Shown: positions 57,842 to 64,000 of the stretch, piece by piece
Layout of the letters: each line of letters starts with the position of its first letter
Position numbering within the stretch: the stretch's first letter is position 1
NCBI GenBank assembly: GCA_049515895.1
Contig: JBEKTQ010000004.1
Coordinates: forward strand, 83,564-147,563
DNA: 64,000 bases
Origin: Candidatus Bathyarchaeia archaeon
Lineage (GTDB): Archaea > Thermoproteota > Bathyarchaeia > Bathyarchaeales > Bathycorpusculaceae
Reading direction: 5' to 3'
The notes under the pieces: model-generated
Told to the model about the DNA's origin: nothing
The model's input: only the letters and a program-made list of their open reading frames with translations
Databases searched by the model: none
Program-made: the position numbers and the translations under genes

Positions 57842-59293
57842 CTATAGGGCGGTACCGCGGTACCTCAAGTTAGCGGTTTTTCGATGCCTTCTATAGGCTA
57901 ATAGACCTACAATCAAGCATACTATCGCAACTGAAACAGCTATGACCGCAATAATGATAATGCTTCCAAAGATTCCGGTTTGTGGCTTTTCAACCGTGAA
58001 ATTGGCTGTTTCGCTGCCTACATTTCCGTATGTATCGTTAGCAAAGATTGTCAAGTTGTGAAAGCCATTAGGAATGTTAGCGATTGTGGTATTACCGACA
58101 ATAGTTATGTTTTGTTGACTATCTAAACTGTAGCTTGCTGAGGTAATATTTTTATCAACGGTAAAAACTATGGGAACACTAGAATTTTTGTAAGTTTGGT
58201 TTAGCGGTGACTCAATTGATATTTTGGGTAAAGTGTGTTCTAACAAGTAGGTTGGGTCAGGCGTCCCATATCCAGCAGGAGTGTACTCGTCGTTGGCAGC
58301 ACTTGGAGCTAAATCAAATATCGTATCAAGTATTGACCCTAAAGGGTAAGTCCAGATTCTACCACCTATGACGTATAACTTGTCATTTACAACTGCAGCG
58401 CCAAAATCTTGACCATTTGTTGGTATGTTAGCGCCCAGTGTCCAAGTATTATTCTCTGGGTCGTAAATTTGATTTCCTCCGTTGCTCAAAACGTAGATTC
58501 GCTCTGTAGCCATTTGACCTGTAGCTACCACTGCCTGTCCATATACACCATTAGGTGAAGGTGCACCTGAACTCCAGTTGTCAGTTACAGGATCATATAT
58601 TTGGGTTTTTTGAAAATTAACTGGTTCATTTGTGTAATAGGAAAATCCACAAAAAATGAATATTTTGTCGTCAAAGACAGCCGAAGGTGAGTAAATATCC
58701 GTAACCGTAGGCATGGGTGACTTAGTGGTCCATGTATCCGAAGTTGGATCATAAACCTCGTTAACTCCTGTAGCGCCGTTAATGGCTGTCCCACCGATGC
58801 AATAGATTTTGCCGTTTAACACATTAGCTTGTAACGCATCTCTTGGGGTAGGCATAGCTGCTTTCGTTTCCCATGAATCTGTTGCAGGATTGTAAACCTC
58901 ATTTACTCCTGTCGGTGGGTTGTCTCTTCCGTTATTTGCACTTCCACCAATACAGAAGATTTTGTTTTGGTAAACAGTTATAGCAAAGAAAGTTCTTGGC
59001 GTTGGCATAGGGGACTTGGTAGTCCAAGTATCAGTTACGGGGTCATACTCTTCATTTGTTCCTACAATCCCACCACTAACATGTTGACCTCGCGAAACCT
59101 TTTCCGCGTCCCCGCCAATCGCAAAAATTTTCCCATTTACGACAGCTAAACCTAATCCACCTCTTGCTGTTGGCATAGGTGCTTTAGCCTTCCAAGAATC
59201 AGGTGTTGAAATACTGCTAAAAGTTGGTTGAATCACAACAGCCGATAAAGATAGCAGTAGAACGACAAGCACTAATACAAGCACTTTTCCCAT
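57842..59293 (-). CDS. Secreted Kelch-repeat beta-propeller protein with Ig-like domain and TM-RRHRKT anchor
   Basis: Repeated PMPT.R...KI..IGG...NE.YDP.TD.W. Confidence 0.9.
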   Translation of the reverse strand: MGKVLVLVLVVLLLSLSAVVIQPTFSSISTPDSWKAKAPMPTARGGLGLAVVNGKIFAIGGDAEKVSRGQHVSGGIVGTNEEYDPVTDTWTTKSPMPTPRTFFAITVYQNKIFCIGGSANNGRDNPPTGVNEVYNPATDSWETKAAMPTPRDALQANVLNGKIYCIGGTAINGATGVNEVYDPTSDTWTTKSPMPTVTDIYSPSAVFDDKIFIFCGFSYYTNEPVNFQKTQIYDPVTDNWSSGAPSPNGVYGQAVVATGQMATERIYVLSNGGNQIYDPENNTWTLGANIPTNGQDFGAAVVNDKLYVIGGRIWTYPLGSILDTIFDLAPSAANDEYTPAGYGTPDPTYLLEHTLPKISIESPLNQTYKNSSVPIVFTVDKNITSASYSLDSQQNITIVGNTTIANIPNGFHNLTIFANDTYGNVGSETANFTVEKPQTGIFGSIIIIAVIAVSVAIVCLIVGLLAYRRHRKTANLRYRGTAL

Positions 59294-59331
59294 GTATTGA
59301 TGTTCTAAGCAGTTTGCAATAAAAGCGTTCT

Positions 59332-59373
59332 TGTATAGGTTTCTTGACTAAGCTAAGTCAAAGTTTCTTGACT
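59332..59373. repeat. Double pseudo-palindrome, copy 5
   Basis: TGTATA-GGTTTC-TTGACT-aagcta-AGTCAA-AGTTTC-TTGACT. Confidence 0.9.
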
Positions 59374-59686
59374 GAACTCTTTTTCAATTGCTTCTCTGAT
59401 TTCTTTCGTCTTGCTGAGCTTTACCTTGGGCTAACGCTGAAGTGACATTTTAAGCGCTGCTGCTCATCAACTCTGAAGATGACTCGACACTGCTTGCAGC
59501 TTCCGAAGCACTTGACTCTACCGTCGAGAAGCATTCAGGTGCGCCGCTGCTGACTCGGCTGAAAAACGTCTGATGCCTCATCAAACGCCATAATGTTAAA
59601 CTCAACGTTGGCACCTGCGAATGCTCAGACTTTGAATAAACTTTTTAGGAGTTATCCTCAAACTAAATCTGGATAAGGTAATAAAA

Positions 59687-59923
59687 ATGAGCGGAAAACA
59701 AGGCAACCTCTACGAAAGAACGAAGCAAGAGAGTTACGAGGATTCTACTCTTGCAAGAGTAGTGAATATTGATGCTATCACTAATATCTTAGATGACGCC
59801 AGGTCAGAGTTTCCCCGGCAAACAATTTATGCAGTAAGTGCAGCCTGGGATGCTGCGGTAGAACTATGGTTCAAGAAATGGTTCGGTACCTTCATGGATT
59901 TTCAAGCTTCCGAGCAAACTTGA
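59687..59923 (+). CDS. Small hypothetical protein
   Basis: AAGGT SD-like upstream; ILDDARSEFP...WFKKWFG. Confidence 0.55.
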   Translation: MSGKQGNLYERTKQESYEDSTLARVVNIDAITNILDDARSEFPRQTIYAVSAAWDAAVELWFKKWFGTFMDFQASEQT

Positions 59924-60372
59924 TTCCCTCAAGAAGGACCCGCATTTGAAGACGGCTAAGCCTTCCAGCCTTTTCCAGATCATACGCTGGGTAGTAGTGG
60001 CAGATTAGGATGATGCTTTGAAGTTCGCTGCTGCTGTTGAGCCAGGCTTGGGCGTCTTCCGCTGAGGCAAAAAACTCTGTCAGCTTGGTTCCGCAATTTG
60101 TTGATGTACTCCTGTATAAGTATGTGTGTTTGGGTATGCGTGAATAGTTAGGCTTGTTTGAGTTGGGTTATAGTTGTAGTCGGTTTATGTTTTGGTTTGG
60201 TGGGTTGGATTAAATTTTGAATTCGCTTGTCGTAAAATTCAAACATAGTTATTCATGGCATCTTTGTCAATTTAAAATTTTTCTAAACTGTTAGGATAAG
60301 CAATCCTAACAAATGTTTATGTCCTTTTTTAAGACAAATGAGGGGTCACAGAATAAAGGAGAAAAACAAAAA

Positions 60373-62949
60373 ATGCAAACCAAAAATCGCTTAATCGCTT
60401 TAGCTCTTATGATAGTATTAACAGCTCCAATGATAATGATTATGGCAACAGCATCTGCCCAAACAACCACCAACCTTCCAATGTTTCTATACATCAACGC
60501 GTCGCCAACTCCGGTTGGCATTGGCCAAACTGTGTACATTACCCTATTTTTCACCAAACCAGTACCTACACTTACCGGTGGCTTTTCGCTTGGATACCAA
60601 CTCTCAAACCTGAAAATCAACGTCGTTAAACCAGACGGAACGAACGAGACCCTCGGACCATACATAACGGATACAACTGGAGGTGTACCAGCAGTTGAAT
60701 TTGTGCCCTCAGCATTGGGAAATTACACATTCCAAGGGACATATCCTGGAGAGAAATTAGGTACAGCTAACGGCCAAACCTACTATTTGCTTTCTGCATT
60801 GAGCCCAGCAGTTACGGTTACCGTACAACAAGCTCCGTTAACATACTGGACTAGCACTCCTATGCCAACAGCCTATTGGACAACACCAATTTACTCATCA
60901 AACTATGGGTGGGCGCAGTCGGTAGGTGGAAACTGGTACGGCTTAGGAAGACCAGGATTCGACAACACGGGCGGATACGACGGTTCAAACAACAACTTCC
61001 AACCCTACAGCACCGCACCCACAACGGCTCACGTATTATGGACCAAACTGATTACGACTGGAGGCATACCTGGCGGCGAAACTCCGCCCGGCGAGATGAG
61101 CTCATTCGCTGCAAACTCTCCTCTATACCATAGCTTTGAACCGATAATTCTGGATGGGATTCTCTTCTACAGTTGGTATCCTGCCCAGACTGCCTATGGA
61201 GGCATTGTTGCAGTTAACCTCTTCAACGGACAGACATTGTGGGTAAAGAATACCAATGACACACTGGTTTATGGTCAAGTGCTTACATTTCACACAATTG
61301 AGGAGTTTGGTTCTCAAGCATTCTTATGGGCATTCAACCCCGCAAACAATAACTACGACATATTGGATCCATTTACAGGCAACTTCATGGCGCAAGTAAA
61401 CAGCATACCAAGCAGCATAGCCGGCCTCTTTTCAACATCAACAATTGCTTTGATAGACTCCAACGAACCTGAATGCATAGGATCAATACTGATCTACTAC
61501 ACCAGCACTGATGCCAAAGGTAATGAGTACCTAAATATGTGGAATTCATCACTTTGCCTTGCTGGTCCGGGAGCAGTTGGTACCAGTGCGGAATTTTTGA
61601 CAGGTGACTTTAAGCCATCAGGAACCTACAACTTCACAACAGGCGTCGAGTGGACAGTTCCCGTTCCAGCGGCGAATCCAAGCTTTGGTATCTCTTCAGA
61701 AACCAACCAAGGAATCCTATTGACCTCACAGCCAAAAAGTGTTTTTGCCAGCTCTTTCGGAGCGATCTTCTCACAGTGGAGTGCATCCTATGAAACAGAC
61801 ATGGCATACAATCCCATCACTGGCGCAGTTCTCTTCGGACCAACAAACCAGACGCTAATTAACAATCATAGTTTCAGCATCATGGCCGGTGGCGGAGGTG
61901 TATACGTAAGCATGGACAAAGACACTCAACAGGTATATGGCTACTCAATGACGACTGGCAGCAAACTCTGGGGACCAACCCAACTCGTCGTCAACGGACT
62001 CAGCACCCTCTTCGGAGGCGGAGCTATCGCTTACGGGCAAGTCTACATCTGGGACATCGGTGGCTACGTAAACGCTGTCAATCTTACAACTGGAAAACTT
62101 GACTGGACATGGACCAGAGGAAGCGCAGGATACAACACGCCATACGGTGTATACCCCAACTGGGTTTTCGGCACGCAAAGCATCGCTGATGGAATGCTAT
62201 TCCTCTCCGAAGGACGCTGCTACGACCCACCGCTGTTTCCAGGCGGAGAAAAAATCGCAATTAACTGCACCACCGGCAACCTGGTCTGGGCAATCAACGG
62301 AGCCTTCCAGAGAGACCCATCACCTATCGCAGATGGCGAACTGTTGGGATGGAACGGCTACGACGGACAGATATACGGCTTCGGCATCGGGCCAAGCCAG
62401 ACAACAGTTACAGCACCCAACCCAGTCACAACAGTAGCCGCCCCCATCGTTATCACAGGTTCAGTCACCGACATCTCAGCAGGCTCAAAGCAAGTCGCAG
62501 TTGCAGCCAACTTCCCCAATGGACTTCCATGCGTTTCCGACGCAAGCATGCAATCCTTCATGCAAGCAGTCTACGAGCAGCAACCAATGCCAACCAACAC
62601 AACTGGCGTTCCAGTTACAATATATGTCTTAGACTCCAACAACAACTACAGGTCAATCGGCACCACCACAACCAATGCAAACGGCTTTTACAGCCTCATA
62701 TGGAGACCCGATATAATAGGCAACTACACAGTCACCGCATCTTTCGCAGGCACACAATCATACTACGGATCAACCGCAAACACAGCCTTCTACGTTAACC
62801 CGGCGGCTTCAACAACCGCGCCAACTGCCTCACCAATCAGCGGCTTAGCATCAAATAACACCCTAATGTACGGACTCGTATCGATAATCATCGTGATAAT
62901 CATAATCGGCGCAGTACTGGCTATCCTCGTAACAAGAAAACGACCATAA
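60373..62949 (+). CDS. Large PQQ-like beta-propeller surface protein (paralog 3)
   Basis: PTPVGIGQ, AHVLWTK, NFPNGLPCVSD, EQQPMP, TM + RKRP. Confidence 0.85.
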   Translation: MQTKNRLIALALMIVLTAPMIMIMATASAQTTTNLPMFLYINASPTPVGIGQTVYITLFFTKPVPTLTGGFSLGYQLSNLKINVVKPDGTNETLGPYITDTTGGVPAVEFVPSALGNYTFQGTYPGEKLGTANGQTYYLLSALSPAVTVTVQQAPLTYWTSTPMPTAYWTTPIYSSNYGWAQSVGGNWYGLGRPGFDNTGGYDGSNNNFQPYSTAPTTAHVLWTKLITTGGIPGGETPPGEMSSFAANSPLYHSFEPIILDGILFYSWYPAQTAYGGIVAVNLFNGQTLWVKNTNDTLVYGQVLTFHTIEEFGSQAFLWAFNPANNNYDILDPFTGNFMAQVNSIPSSIAGLFSTSTIALIDSNEPECIGSILIYYTSTDAKGNEYLNMWNSSLCLAGPGAVGTSAEFLTGDFKPSGTYNFTTGVEWTVPVPAANPSFGISSETNQGILLTSQPKSVFASSFGAIFSQWSASYETDMAYNPITGAVLFGPTNQTLINNHSFSIMAGGGGVYVSMDKDTQQVYGYSMTTGSKLWGPTQLVVNGLSTLFGGGAIAYGQVYIWDIGGYVNAVNLTTGKLDWTWTRGSAGYNTPYGVYPNWVFGTQSIADGMLFLSEGRCYDPPLFPGGEKIAINCTTGNLVWAINGAFQRDPSPIADGELLGWNGYDGQIYGFGIGPSQTTVTAPNPVTTVAAPIVITGSVTDISAGSKQVAVAANFPNGLPCVSDASMQSFMQAVYEQQPMPTNTTGVPVTIYVLDSNNNYRSIGTTTTNANGFYSLIWRPDIIGNYTVTASFAGTQSYYGSTANTAFYVNPAASTTAPTASPISGLASNNTLMYGLVSIIIVIIIIGAVLAILVTRKRP

Positions 62950-63760
62950 ACTAAAGTCGAAAACAAAAATCCTTTCCCCCTTTTTTAGTCGGTTCATAAA
63001 CTATCCAAATCAAAGAACAAAACAAAAGATAGAGAAGTTGGGGCTGAGTAGGCTCTGGGCAAAATTCACGATACGCGACATAGTACCGTGATGTGAATTT
63101 AATTTTTCTTTTTTCTCCTAAAAAGAAATTTTCTTCCTTAGTTTCCAGAGCCTCAGCAAACTCTACAGAAAAATCCTGGACATGAAGTTTTACTAAAATC
63201 CTGCGTCACAAAAACAATGAAGTACTTGGACTATTAAGTTGAAGTAATCTTAGCTGACAATTTTTTACCATTTTTTATTTTTTACCATTTTTTAACGAGT
63301 TTTTCAGACCGACCGACCAGGCCTTTGGCTCTGTTATAAAACAATTTTTTACCCGACTCTTCTTCTTAACAGCTAAAAAATGGTCTGTTTTGACATTGAA
63401 ATACGTAATTACACATTATTACAATTTTGTGTAACGTTGTTTTTTGAAAAAATCTTGCCATGATACTCTTCTTGATTCAAGCAGAACTACAAAGTCCACA
63501 TAGACGCTCATAACGCGACCATAAGCAGAAGCGGTTTCTGCTCACCTTACAAACGCGCTCAAAGCAAATTTTCAACAATTAATAGCTGGAAAGGTACTAT
63601 AATAATTCTCAGTTGAAGAAGCACGAACGCGCGCTAAACATTAGGATTGAGACCACAAACTGTCGGTTCGTTAAATCAAGAAGTCTGAGAACCCGATTTA
63701 TTTCACATTGATTAGAAGAATTAAAAAAAGGGAAAGTTGTTTTTGCTTTGCTTTTTTAGT

Positions 63761-64000
63761 CTATGGTCGTTTTCTAAGCATCAGCATTATCAGTACAGCG
63801 CCGATAATGATTATCACAACGATTATTGCTATGATTCCGTACATGACCGTGGTGTTTGAGGCTAAGCCGCTGAGCGGGGTTGCTGTTGGTGCCGCTGTCG
63901 CTGCTGGGTTGCCTGCGTAGAATCCAGTTGATGCTGAGGATGCGTAGTATGATTGTGTGCCTGCGAATGTTGCATAGACCGTGTAGTTACCTGGAATGTC
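63761..64000 (-). CDS. C-terminal 79 aa of a fourth PQQ-like beta-propeller paralog (runs off window)
   Basis: DIPGNYTVYATFAGTQSYY...APTATPLSGLASNTTVMYGI...RKRP*. Confidence 0.88.
   Translation of the reverse strand, partial: DIPGNYTVYATFAGTQSYYASSASTGFYAGNPAATAAPTATPLSGLASNTTVMYGIIAIIVVIIIIGAVLIMLMLRKRP

Noticed and set aside
51831-59373. Repeats as CRISPR or IS/MITE ends
   Set aside because: Spacing is gene-sized and irregular; no transposase, paired terminal repeats or target duplications
959-62798. Numerous short antisense or alternative-frame ORFs in the track
   Set aside because: Shadows of well-supported genes
63261-63294. 17-bp tandem duplication TTTTTTACCATTTTTTA x2 and weak inverted repeats at 63062-63100 and 63409-63434
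   Set aside because: Low complexity and single occurrences; compatible with slippage or chance

Overview
Archaeal chromosomal window, most likely Bathyarchaeia. This is inferred from gene content: AOR, SAMP/MoaD, PolB2, Cdc6/Orc1, Ard1, PEF-CTERM-type proteins and an expanded family of ~900-aa beta-propeller surface proteins. Housekeeping and metabolic genes (1-27 kb, 37-49 kb) surround two accessory regions. The first is a 6.6-kb element integrated in tRNA-Arg(TCT) at 30070-36710. It has 43-bp att repeats, an SSV-type integrase split into intN/intC, a second tyrosine recombinase, and a decayed intN of an older element next to it. The second is a ~10-kb cassette-like array of exported or membrane-anchored proteins (49.5-59.4 kb). 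It is punctuated by five copies of a 42-bp double pseudo-palindrome (xGTMAA-RGTTYC-TTGACT-N6-AGTCAA-RGTTTC-TTGAC) and also carries shared C-terminal anchor modules, orphan promoters and anchors, and a ~145-bp direct repeat. Other notable signals: a TPP riboswitch whose aptamer contains the Shine-Dalgarno of thiT; nine TGAC units at an exact 10-bp period (11.2 kb); a perfect ModE-like palindrome between aor and moaD; probable ATT start codons; and a 12-codon mini-ORF where the PolB2 operon normally has a RadA homolog. All calls are from motif reading by eye; no database search was run.
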